64,000 bases of DNA from Dehalococcoidia bacterium (GCA_965262725.1 OZ253555.1:2144001-2208000), one strand, 5' to 3'. Positions 9,566 to 18,318 are shown, counted from the stretch's first letter. Made by a program: numbers and translations. Notes: generated from the sequence alone by a model not told the origin.

Positions 9566-10365
9566 GAGATATCGTCAAGAGTTGTGGATCGCTGGCCAGG
9601 GCAAGTCAGGCGGCGTACCTCCCGTGGCGTGCGTCGTCGCTCGCATCCGGGCTGACGGCTCGCTCCTGTAGGACGCCATCGACGAAGACTCCGCCCGCCC
9701 GGACGACGGCGACGAGATGCGGGGCATTCACCCGCCGCCAGCGCTGCTGCGCCGCGTCGAGCAGCTTGTAGGCCATCGCCAGTCCCGCCGACCGCGAGCC
9801 GGCGCCCTTCGTGACGCGCTGGCGCAGCCGCACCGTCGCGAAGGTGGACTCGATCGGGTTCGTTGTGCGCAGGTGCACGTGGTGCTCGGACGGGAAGTCG
9901 TGGAACGCGAGCAGCCGTTCGAGGTCGTCGGCGACCTTCGCTGTCGCCTTCGGCCACTGCGCGAACTGCCCGGCGAAGGTGCGCGCCGCATCCAGCGCCC
10001 CGGCGCGTCGCGGCTCCGGAGACGGCGTGGAGCGCCCGCGTCGCTTCCCCCTGGACGCGCTCGGGCAGCGACGCCAGGACGTTCGCGGTCTTGTGCACCC
10101 AGCAGCGCTGCTCACGGGTCCGGGGGAAGACCTCCCGCAGCGCCGCCCAGAACCCGAGCGCCCCGTCGCCGACCGCCAGCTCGGGGTCGCGCATGCCCCG
10201 CTCGCGCAGGTCCCGCAGCAGGTCGAGCCAGAACTGGGTGTCCTCACGGTAGCCGTCCTGCACGGCCACCAGCTCCTTGCGGCCGTCCGGGCGCACCCCG
10301 ACCAGCACCAGGCAGCAGAGCCGGTCCTCCTCGCACCTCCGAACCCGACCGTGACCCTCAGCAAC
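9566..10365 (-). mobile_element. IS256-family element relic: 5'-truncated, frameshifted transposase with one terminal repeat
   Basis: GRKELVAVQDGYRE, LAVGDGALGFW, QRCWVHKTANVL, then in another frame HLRTTNPIESTFATVRLR. Putative IR gagatatcgtcaagagttgtggatc at 9566-9590. Confidence 0.9.
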
Positions 10366-10378
10366 GTCGTGTGCGGCG

Positions 10379-11050
10379 CTAGGTTGCCGCGGCCACTTCG
10401 AAGCGTCGCCGCATCGCGACACTGTACGCATCACTACCGTCGGGCATTCGAAACAGATGGTTGTCGGCGAGGTCCGATGCCGCTTCAGGAGACACGAGAA
10501 AATGCACGCCGCGGTTCAAGAGCCCTTCGACTAGGTAGAGGTAGGGCTCGTCGTCCTCGTTGAAGTCGACAGCAAACAAGCCCCAACACTCGTGGATGAA
10601 CGGGTCAAGTACGGAGTAAATATAGTGGATCGCCTCTATGCCGAAGTCCATGCCTGTCGGGGGCAAGAAATGCTGGATGGAGTTGCGAAGCCGACCAAAC
10701 TCCCCATATCTGGCCAGCGCTGGAACAGACACGCCTGCAGCGGCGAGCAGTCGGCTGGGCAGGTCACCGTAGCTCACGGTCCGGCCCTCATGGGCGAGTA
10801 GCGACGAGTCGAGGATTGTGTCCTCGGAGACTTCTGGGAATCTCTCGAAAATGAGGAGAGGATGCTCCTCGGCGATGCGGGCCTTAATGAGAAGCTCCCC
10901 GGCGTGCGCTGCCTGCAGCACTGACAGTTCCGGCCAGTAATCATTGGTATAGGACCAGTAGTTCGCGTGCCAGTTCGCGTGGGCGAGTGCGCCAAGCCCG
11001 AGCGCCCTCATGTGCGCAGCGATGCTGCCGATGCCGTCCCCATTCGACAC
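10379..11050 (-). CDS. Hypothetical protein with HEPN-like RNase motif
   Basis: AHAGELLIKARIAEEHPLLIF and RNSIQH (R-x4-H); visibly lower GC than the backbone. Confidence 0.65.
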   Translation of the reverse strand: MSNGDGIGSIAAHMRALGLGALAHANWHANYWSYTNDYWPELSVLQAAHAGELLIKARIAEEHPLLIFERFPEVSEDTILDSSLLAHEGRTVSYGDLPSRLLAAAGVSVPALARYGEFGRLRNSIQHFLPPTGMDFGIEAIHYIYSVLDPFIHECWGLFAVDFNEDDEPYLYLVEGLLNRGVHFLVSPEAASDLADNHLFRMPDGSDAYSVAMRRRFEVAAAT

Positions 11051-11082
11051 TCTGTCACCTCCCGACTCGCCAGCGAGCGATG

Positions 11083-11161
11083 CGACCCGGTGCCGTCTCG
11101 CTCAACGGGGAGTGAGCCTGTCACAGTGTAGAGTTCGGGGGTTCGAGTCCCTCCGGGTCCA
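11083..11161 (+). pseudogene. Degenerate tRNA-like sequence (Asp-GTC-like)
   Basis: Good T-arm GGGGG-TTCGAGT-CCCTC; acceptor CGACCCG/CGGGTCC pairs 6/7; CTGTCAC loop. Anticodon stem does not pair and there is no CCA. Confidence 0.4.
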
Positions 11162-11168
11162 CGATTCT

Positions 11169-11194
11169 GGCCATCGCGTACTGTACTGCGAACT
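11169..11194 (+). repeat. Repeat motif copy 1 (ggccatcgcgtactgtactgcgaact)
   Basis: 18-bp core cgtactgtactgcgaact identical to 12979-12996; 23/26 overall. Confidence 0.85.
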
Positions 11195-11233
11195 GGTGTG
11201 GAGCCACCCTGTGATGTGGTCACGCCAGTCCAT
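11195..11233 (-). pseudogene. Possible first codons of a DUF433-family gene cut at the repeat motif
   Basis: MDWRDHIT resembles DUF433 N-termini; only 8 residues support it. Confidence 0.3.
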
Positions 11234-11576
11234 GGCCGGCCCCGTTCCCGAGCGCCGGGCGTGTTCCTCTTGAGCCACTTCGGCTGCCAAAGACCGTGGC
11301 CCCGCCGCCCAGCGTCGGGGCCGTGCGCGGCCTGCCATTGGGGGGGCGCCCTGTCGCCGACCAGCCCGCGGGCGACGTGCCATTCTTGGATGTTCGGAGC
11401 CTTCTCTACTCTCAACACTGGCAGTGACGCCGCCAATGAACCCCCGCCGGGCACGACCTCCGCCCCTGCGAAACGCGTCAGCGCGTTGTCGGTTCTGGGC
11501 GCAGGCCTCGCTGCCCGCGGGTGCACCCATCACTGCAGATCACGTGAAGCCCCGCGGTCTTGATCGCAAAGGAGGG

Positions 11577-12944
11577 TCAATCGCCCGCCCTCGTGCGATG
11601 CAGTAATGCCTCCCGGCTTGCGATGGCAAGCACGGTGCTGGGGTTCTTGACAAGTACTTCCCCCGGTATGCCCAACGCCTGCATGATCGCGACCCAAACG
11701 GTGAACGCAGTGTCGTTAAGTGAGCTCTCGTCCTCCTTGGGTACGTGGTCTAGCTCCGGGGCAGAAATAAAGCCTTCTGGCCAACGGCCCGGGGGAGCTG
11801 TCAGGTCTGAGTCTTGAACTACGGGTACGTCGAACGTTTCCAAGTGGTCCATATACTCGGCAGTATCGATAAACGGTACGGCCCGCCAGACATTGTCGAT
11901 CGTGGCCTTGATGAAGAACGGTCCTTTCACCCCTGCGCGGCCAGCCAGCGTTCGGTGTCGGGCGATTACTCCCGCGAGAATGGAAATCAGGAGATTGAGA
12001 TTCAGTACGCGCGTAGAGCTCAGGTTCCGCTCGGCAAGGAACACCGCAAAGGACTTACCGTACTCGTAGTCAGTCCATGGTCCGAAGTCCGTCGACGCTT
12101 CATCGGAGTTAACGGAGGGGACGACTAGGTTGGGGATTGGCACAGTCACGAAAGAGTTGACCCTTCTGGAGAACTCCCAGGTGAACAGTCTGTGCTGGCG
12201 CCGATTGCTGCGTGCCTGCCTTGCCACCATTCCGTCTTGCGAGGTGTAGAAGTTGTCAAAGGGCAGAGGTTCTGAGGCCATGACAGAAACAAATTCTGAG
12301 AACGGTTCGGCGAAATAGTGGTCTAGGATCTGAAAGGGGTCGGAGGAAATGACCAAGTGTAGGTAGCTATTGTCCCTTTCGGCTTCGGACACCGCTGGTC
12401 TCCGGCCGATAAGGCTTTCCAGCAGGGAAGTTTTTTGTTCAGCTTTGCGAAGCAGCAGGTCGAAAGTGGCCCTGTCCTTTGCAGGAACCGGCGACGCGGA
12501 ATCCCCTGTTCGAACGTAGACTCGACCATCGTTGTGCACGTAGGGGGTGCTGGCGCCTTCGGGAATGCGGATCAGGACTACTGATCGTCCTTGCTCGAGA
12601 GATATGCCGTGCAGCGGCCCCTGCAGGACATGGTGGACGAAGGGCACGCTGGGCTGGAGAAGATCCTTCGCGGCGTTCCTCAGCTGCACTATGGCATCTG
12701 GGACGTCCAAGTCCGATATGCCGGGGAAGCTCTGGGCGGTGTTGTTGACGGAGTCTTCCTGCACACCAAGAAAGAGCCAGCCTCCATATCGGTTGGCGAA
12801 CGATGAGAGGCTCTTGGCCAGGTCGCGCGTCTTGGGGACTTCGGACTTGTACTCGACATACCACCCTTCGGCGACTTCTCGTAGGCTGGCCAGATGGGCT
12901 TCGGTGACTTTATGCAAGTCGGTGTCGAAGGGCGTGTAGCGCAA
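11577..12944 (-). CDS. Schlafen/AlbA_2-domain protein with uncharacterised C-terminal domain
   Basis: EGWYVEYKSE, LAKSLSSFANRYGGWLFLGVQE, PYVHNDGRVYVRTGD. TTG start with GAGG upstream; low GC. Confidence 0.85.
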   Translation of the reverse strand: MRYTPFDTDLHKVTEAHLASLREVAEGWYVEYKSEVPKTRDLAKSLSSFANRYGGWLFLGVQEDSVNNTAQSFPGISDLDVPDAIVQLRNAAKDLLQPSVPFVHHVLQGPLHGISLEQGRSVVLIRIPEGASTPYVHNDGRVYVRTGDSASPVPAKDRATFDLLLRKAEQKTSLLESLIGRRPAVSEAERDNSYLHLVISSDPFQILDHYFAEPFSEFVSVMASEPLPFDNFYTSQDGMVARQARSNRRQHRLFTWEFSRRVNSFVTVPIPNLVVPSVNSDEASTDFGPWTDYEYGKSFAVFLAERNLSSTRVLNLNLLISILAGVIARHRTLAGRAGVKGPFFIKATIDNVWRAVPFIDTAEYMDHLETFDVPVVQDSDLTAPPGRWPEGFISAPELDHVPKEDESSLNDTAFTVWVAIMQALGIPGEVLVKNPSTVLAIASREALLHRTRAGD

Positions 12945-12970
12945 GGGCACCCTCGCAAACTTCAGTGGTC

Positions 12971-12999
12971 GGCCTACACGTACTGTACTGCGAACTCTC
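12971..12999 (+). repeat. Repeat motif copy 2 (ggcctacacgtactgtactgcgaactctc)
   Basis: Direct repeat of 11169-11194; inverted relative to 14658-14677. Confidence 0.85.
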
Positions 13000-13009
13000 G
13001 CCAGAGGAC

Positions 13010-13200
13010 GTGCCGCTGTCGACGGCGAACGCCGACGCCTCGGCGAGAGCCAGCGCGCGCTCATCTGGTCGATCTTCGTACGCGTCCGCTCCGAGCTCGC
13101 CGCGCGTGACCTCCTCAACCTGGCCGTGGTCTTCACGGCGGCTGCCAAGTACGTGGCGACGAGCGCCGAGAGCCTGCACGACTTCGGCGGTTGAGATCCG
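13010..13200 (-). pseudogene. Gene fragment, possibly the C-terminus of a TPR/NB-ARC-type ATPase
   Basis: EEVTRGELGADAYE...RALALAEASAFAV resembles 'RAALGEEAF...GRALSLDEAVAYAL' tails. Confidence 0.25.
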
Positions 13201-13290
13201 CTACCCTGCACTGCGGTCTTCGCCGCCGCCGCGGCCGGCGACGCCCGCGCTCGTCCTATCCTCGGCTGTCGTTTCTTCAGCCGACGGTGC

Positions 13291-14409
13291 TCACCACTCG
13301 TCAGAGGGATCGCCGAGTTCGCTTGCTACGCTCTTGGCCGCGGCCTGAGCTGGTTCGATCTCGGGTAGCCGGCATTGTGCCCAGGGTCGCCCAAGGTATT
13401 CGCAGTGCAGCGGCGCCCTCGAAGAAACGCAGTCAGGCCATGCGCACTTGGTCTTCCCCTCGGGAGCCATCTTGAACGGAATGCACAGAAGTTCGCGGTC
13501 CGAGTCCCCGAACATCTTGATTAGGTAGAACTCGTCCGGGCGGTGGTAGAGGAACACCTTGTGGCACTGTAGAAGGCTCACAACCTCGGAAATCCAACCA
13601 GGGACCGCATCTATGAGTGACGGGTAGTCGGTTTCCTTTCCCATGGGATTCTCGGCATGAAGGATGTTGCCGAGCCGCCCGTAGACCGCTATCAACTTGT
13701 CTTCGCTCAGGAACCCATCTGCCCGATCTACCGGTTCGCCTCCTGCGGAACGCTTCTCCGGGTCTAAGGGCCGTGGGTAGAAGTTGGAGTGGAGGCGCTT
13801 GAGCTCCCGCAGCTTCTTGCTTATGTCCTGAGAGCTCTGAAGCTCCTTCTTCGATTTCTGCCATACGTCCTTGTTGGACACGAGGGAGCTAAACACAACG
13901 AGTTCGAGCAGCATTCGGAGTTGAAGGCAGATCGACTCAACCTGGGTTCGACTACTGATTCCTGGGATGGCCAATAGATGATCGATCGATTCGAGCCTCG
14001 ACTTGACCTCTTGCATGAGTTCGCAGTATTGGCCGATGTCGAGGCTCTCTGCCTGCTTTTTCTCCCAGTCGCAGTCTGGGCAGACTATCTTCCATCCCCA
14101 CTCGGAAAGACCCCTACCCTGGAGTTCCAGACCGTCCTCCCCACACGCAGGGCAGGTCGTGTATTCTTGTCCGTCGACCCCTTTGATCGGTTTGTCCGGG
14201 CTGAAATCGAGGCTCATCGCGGCATTGCTGAACTCGGGTATCTCCCCACACTTGGGGCATGGCTCGGTGGGCTGGATGCCGCGCATCATGAAGGCCAGCG
14301 CCGCTTCCTGATGCCCATTCGGGCATGCTCCCAAGGGAACATCCCGAGGTTCTGCCTCGCCCGCCTCAGCAAACAACGCCTCGGCCCTCCCCGCGGGTCT
14401 TCGATCCAC
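13291..14409 (-). CDS. Hypothetical protein: N-terminal Zn-ribbon repeats plus helical, possibly HEPN-like domain
   Basis: CPNGH, CPKC, CPAC, CPDC; ESICLQLRMLLELVVFSSL; NFYPRP; YGRLGNILH; C-terminal Cys cluster; low GC. Confidence 0.7.
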   Translation of the reverse strand: MDRRPAGRAEALFAEAGEAEPRDVPLGACPNGHQEAALAFMMRGIQPTEPCPKCGEIPEFSNAAMSLDFSPDKPIKGVDGQEYTTCPACGEDGLELQGRGLSEWGWKIVCPDCDWEKKQAESLDIGQYCELMQEVKSRLESIDHLLAIPGISSRTQVESICLQLRMLLELVVFSSLVSNKDVWQKSKKELQSSQDISKKLRELKRLHSNFYPRPLDPEKRSAGGEPVDRADGFLSEDKLIAVYGRLGNILHAENPMGKETDYPSLIDAVPGWISEVVSLLQCHKVFLYHRPDEFYLIKMFGDSDRELLCIPFKMAPEGKTKCAWPDCVSSRAPLHCEYLGRPWAQCRLPEIEPAQAAAKSVASELGDPSDEW

Positions 14410-14657
14410 GTGTGTCGCGACTCCTGTGCCAACGCCTGCGACTTGTAGCTGGCTATCGCGATACTAGCGCGCCGTATCGGCTACATCTCCAGGGCAAGGT
14501 AGTGCGCCCCAGCTTGGTCGCTGTGTCCACGGTTGAAGGCCGAGGCGACGGCTAACCTTGTGGCGGACTACCGATCGTCCATGGGTCACGGACGAGGAAC
14601 TCCAGCATTCGACGGCCGGCGGTACTGACCGCATGCTCACATCGCGACTGGCTAGCG

Positions 14658-14677
14658 GAGAGCTCGCAGTCTAGTAC
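14658..14677 (-). repeat. Repeat motif copy 3, inverted (gagagctcgcagtctagtac)
   Basis: 17/20 match to the reverse complement of 12980-12999. Confidence 0.6.
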
Positions 14678-14678
14678 C

Positions 14679-14751
14679 TCCATATGCTCGGCAGTGTCGA
14701 TAGACGGTACTGCTCGCCAGACATTGTCGATCGTGGCCTCGATGAAGAACG
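14679..14751 (-). repeat. 73-bp copy of an internal piece of the AlbA gene (11848-11920)
   Basis: 67/73 identical by hand alignment, no gaps. Confidence 0.9.
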
Positions 14752-14789
14752 CCGGTCCGGATGTGAGAATCGGGGTGGATTGACGCGGC

Positions 14790-15320
14790 GTGCAGACATC
14801 GCGAGTGGCTACAACCCCGCGAACCTCACCGCCCGCCGTTTCATCCCGGGCGCAGGGAGCGCGTCAGAGAGGCCGAGGCGATCTGGCATGATGAGCCTCC
14901 CGCTTTTCTGTGCCGGTGACCTGGATGCGGTGCAGAGCATCGCTGCCCTGAATCTCGACAAGACCTGGACCGCTTACGTGAACGGTGCGCCGGAGTTCGT
15001 GAACCGTGGCTTCACGCCCCTCTACATCACGCAGGAGCCGCAGGCGCCTCTGGAGCCTGAAGAGGCTGGCTATTGGCTCCTCGAGGACGGCGTGGCCACG
15101 CTTCAATCCGATCGCACGATGCCTAGCGGTCGCCGTGATGCCGTCACTCTCCGGCTCACCTGCGAGGGTGAGCGCCCGTCAGTGGCCGTGGGATCAAGTC
15201 ATGTTTCTTCGACCGACCATGGAGGCGAGCTGTACCGAAAGCGCAATGGGCCAGGAGGTTCGTCACTACGCACAGCGGAACAGTCATGCCGATGTTCGTG
15301 CACCGGTAGAGGGTGACCCA
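14790..15320 (+). pseudogene. Fragment of a probable secreted/surface protein
   Basis: SIAALNLDKTWTAYVNGAPEFVNRGF...LRLTCEG looks protein-like; no convincing start, and the frame degenerates. Confidence 0.35.
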
Positions 15321-15338
15321 CGAAGATGGGAGACGGTC

Positions 15339-17375
15339 TTACGCCAATCGCCGCGACAAGCTCCGCAACCCCGCAAGCCCCCCCTCCCCGCGCACGATAG
15401 TCGTCACGCGGGGAGCAACGTCGGCCGACCCGAGGCGGTAAGCAGCGCGGAGCCGCAGCCGCGCCGCGTTCGAACGCGGAACCGCGGGGTGGAATTCGGT
15501 GCCGGCCGGCGCCGGCTCGCGGCGCATCCCGCGCGGCGCCACGTCGGTGCAGGCGCCGCAGCGGATGCAGAGCGAGTCGTCCACCGAGCGCTCGCCCGCC
15601 TCGCCCGCAATCGCCCCCGTCGGACATATCGAGGCCGCCTCCGCGAGCAGCGGATCCTCCTGGTCGACGACGGCGAAACGCGAGAGGCCGGGGCAGCCGA
15701 GCGACTCGCACCGGCCCTCCGCCACGTGCGCCTCGTACTCCTCCTCGAAGAGAGTGATCGTGTTGCGCATGATGGTCGGGCTCGCCTGCCCGTGGACGCA
15801 GTTCGAGTAGAGCAGCGCGTCGCCGACCAGCTCGAGGTTATGTCTATCCTCGCGCCGGCCGCCCCCCTGCCCGATGCGCCGGAAGACCTCGGCCATCCGC
15901 TGGTTGCCGCCGTGGCAGGTCGTGCAGCGCCCGCACGACTCGTCCTCGAGGAACTCCGCGAACATCGCGTTCAGGTCGATGGAGCAGGCCCGCTCCGAGA
16001 CGAAGACGATCCCGCCCGCCCCCACAAGCGCCCCGTGCGGCCGGAATGAGTCGGGCTCGAGCGTCAGCGTCTCCGCGACGTCGGCGGAGAGGTAGCCGGC
16101 GAGCGGCCCCCCGGCCTGGAGCGCCTTCAGCCGCCCGCCTTCCGAGATCCCGCCGCAGGCCGCAAGCACACCCGGGAGCGGCACGCCCCAGGGAAGCTCC
16201 GAGAAGCCGGTGAAGCGGACGTCGCCCGAGAAGGAGAAGATCTTGGTGCCGGAGGCCTTCTCCGTGCCCAGCTCGCGGAACCACTCCCCGCCGTTCCGCA
16301 GGATCAGCGGCACGTTCGCGTAGCTCTCGACGTTGTTGACGTTGGTCGGCTCGTAGTAGATGCCGGAGGCGGCCGGGAACGGCGGCTTGGTGCGCGGCAT
16401 CCCGCGCGCGTCCTGAACCGAGGCGATGAGCCCCGTCTCCTCGCCGCAGACGTAGGAGCCGGCGCCGCGAACGACCTCGAGCGTGAACGAGAACCCCGAG
16501 CCGAGCACGCTCGCACCGAGCAGGCCCACCTCCTCCGCCTGCGCGATCGCGAGCCTCATCCGCTCCACGGCGAGCGGGTACTCGTTTCGGATGTAGATGA
16601 AGCCGTGCTGCGCGCCCGAGGCGTAACCCCCGATCAGCATCCCCTCGATCACGAGGTGGGGGTCGCCCTCCAGCAGGATGCGATTGACCCACGCGCCGGG
16701 GTCGCCCTCGTCGGCGTTGCAGACCAGGAAGCGCCGTGGCTGCTGCGCGCCGGCGAGGAATCCCCACTTCACGCCCGTCGGGAAGAAGGCGCCGCCTCTG
16801 CCGGTGAGCCCCGCGTCCATGACGAGCTGGCGCACCGCCTGCGGCTCCAGGTGGCGCTCGATCATCCGGTTCGCGGCGAAGTAGCCGTCTCGCGCGATGT
16901 AGTGGGAGATCTGCTCCGGGTCGATGCGCCCGATGTTCGCGAGCAGGCGTCTGCCCTGCTCGTTCTGAAGGAACGGGTGCCGCTCTATGGCAGGGATCCC
17001 CGGCCGCTCGCCGGAGAGCACGCCGATCGCGAGCTCCGCGGCGGCGCCGACCCGCCCCGTCGCCTCGTCGATGAGAACCCCGACCGAATCAGGCGTGACC
17101 GGCCCGAAGAGCACGGTCGTCCCGTCCGTCCAGGTGATCTGAGCGAGGGGCTGGAGCCACTGCAGCCCGTAGCCGGCCGTCCGACCGACCTCGACCGCGG
17201 CGCCCCGCTCCTCGATCGCGGCGAGCAGCGCCTCGCGCGTGGACTCGCAGCCGGCGGCGAGCGCGGAGGTGTCCCACGCGAGGTCGATGCGCGGGATCTC
17301 GGGGTGCGTCCACGCCTCGTACTCGGCGCGGGAGCGCTCCAGCATCTCCTCGAAGTAGGCCTGGGGCTCAGCCAC
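15339..17375 (-). CDS. nuoF: NuoF/HydB-like NADH-binding flavoprotein with ferredoxin extension
   Basis: GLTGRGGAFFPTGVKW, CNADEGDPG, GAGSYVCGEET, ESCGRCTTC, CIRCGAC. GTG start overlaps the nuoE stop. Confidence 0.9.
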   Translation of the reverse strand: MAEPQAYFEEMLERSRAEYEAWTHPEIPRIDLAWDTSALAAGCESTREALLAAIEERGAAVEVGRTAGYGLQWLQPLAQITWTDGTTVLFGPVTPDSVGVLIDEATGRVGAAAELAIGVLSGERPGIPAIERHPFLQNEQGRRLLANIGRIDPEQISHYIARDGYFAANRMIERHLEPQAVRQLVMDAGLTGRGGAFFPTGVKWGFLAGAQQPRRFLVCNADEGDPGAWVNRILLEGDPHLVIEGMLIGGYASGAQHGFIYIRNEYPLAVERMRLAIAQAEEVGLLGASVLGSGFSFTLEVVRGAGSYVCGEETGLIASVQDARGMPRTKPPFPAASGIYYEPTNVNNVESYANVPLILRNGGEWFRELGTEKASGTKIFSFSGDVRFTGFSELPWGVPLPGVLAACGGISEGGRLKALQAGGPLAGYLSADVAETLTLEPDSFRPHGALVGAGGIVFVSERACSIDLNAMFAEFLEDESCGRCTTCHGGNQRMAEVFRRIGQGGGRREDRHNLELVGDALLYSNCVHGQASPTIMRNTITLFEEEYEAHVAEGRCESLGCPGLSRFAVVDQEDPLLAEAASICPTGAIAGEAGERSVDDSLCIRCGACTDVAPRGMRREPAPAGTEFHPAVPRSNAARLRLRAAYRLGSADVAPRVTTIVRGEGGLAGLRSLSRRLA

Positions 17376-17913
17376 GGAGAGAGCCCTCCCCTGAAGCGCC
17401 CGGCGACACGACGCCGGGCCCACCGATCCGGGCCGGATCCTCGCTCGCCGTGAGGCGCCTCGCGATGCGCACGCCCTCGGCGGCGGTGAGGTTCCCGACC
17501 ACGCGCCCGTCGATCCAGATCTGGGGGGCGCGCTCGCAGCTCCCGTTGCACTGCTGGAGCTCGATCTGGAGGCGGCCGTCCGCCGTCTTCTCGCCGAGCT
17601 CCGTCCCGAGCACCGCGAGCATCGCGTCGCGGATGCCGGCGCCGTTTCGGAGCCGGCACGCCGGGCCGCTGCACCAGCCGACCACGACCTGCGCGGGCGG
17701 CTCGACGCGGAAGTCGGCGTAGTAGGTGACGGTCCCGTAGACGTGCGCCGGCGGGAGCTTCAGCTGCTCCCCGACGACCTCCATCGCCTCGGCGGGGATG
17801 TAGCCGTAGCGGTGCTGCACGCGGTGCAGCGCCTCGAGCAGGTCGGCGTCGTCGGGGCGGAGGTCTGAGACCAGTGCCCGGATCTCGGCGGTCGCCTCGG
17901 TCTCGAGCGGCAT
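17368..17913 (-). CDS. nuoE: NuoE/HydC-like 2Fe-2S subunit
   Basis: LHRVQHRYGYIP, VYGTVTYY, CSGPAC, CNGSC. Confidence 0.9.
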   Translation of the reverse strand: MPLETEATAEIRALVSDLRPDDADLLEALHRVQHRYGYIPAEAMEVVGEQLKLPPAHVYGTVTYYADFRVEPPAQVVVGWCSGPACRLRNGAGIRDAMLAVLGTELGEKTADGRLQIELQQCNGSCERAPQIWIDGRVVGNLTAAEGVRIARRLTASEDPARIGGPGVVSPGASGEGSLRG

Positions 17914-18318
17914 CGGCTCTCCCGACCCGGCGCGCGCTCGCGCGCCGCCTCGTTTCAGGCGCAACTATCGCGCGCCGTTCGTGCGCGTTCAAGGAGCAGC
18001 GACGCGCGCGAGGGGAACTGGCCGCCCGGGGGCCGGGGCTCCGTCCCGGGTCCCGCCCGCCGCTGCGCCCTGCTCGAGCGCGGCCGAGGGCGGCGACGGT
18101 GTCGACGCCGAGGGCCGGCGAGCCGCCGGTGGCCCCGGGCTCGCGCAGGGATGTGACGGCGGGGGTCCCGGCAGCGGAACGACCGCGCCGGAGATCGCAT
18201 ATGTGTCGGTGATAGGCTGCGCCCCGCCTCTCGGAGTGCCGGTGGAGTCCGCAGCGGCGGGCGCGGCGCGGCGCCACGGGCGATCCGAGCGTGCCGGCAC
18301 GTCCGGGAAGGACCCCCT

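Noticed and set aside
11240-11570. Possible duplicated nuoF 3' end inside the island, by analogy with mutL
   Set aside because: No nucleotide or peptide similarity to the nuoF tail found by eye; the origin of this stretch is unresolved.
14017-14028. 12-bp inverted match (gagttcgcagta) to the repeat motif inside the Zn-ribbon gene
   Set aside because: Short, within coding sequence (YCEL), no GTAC flank; probably chance.
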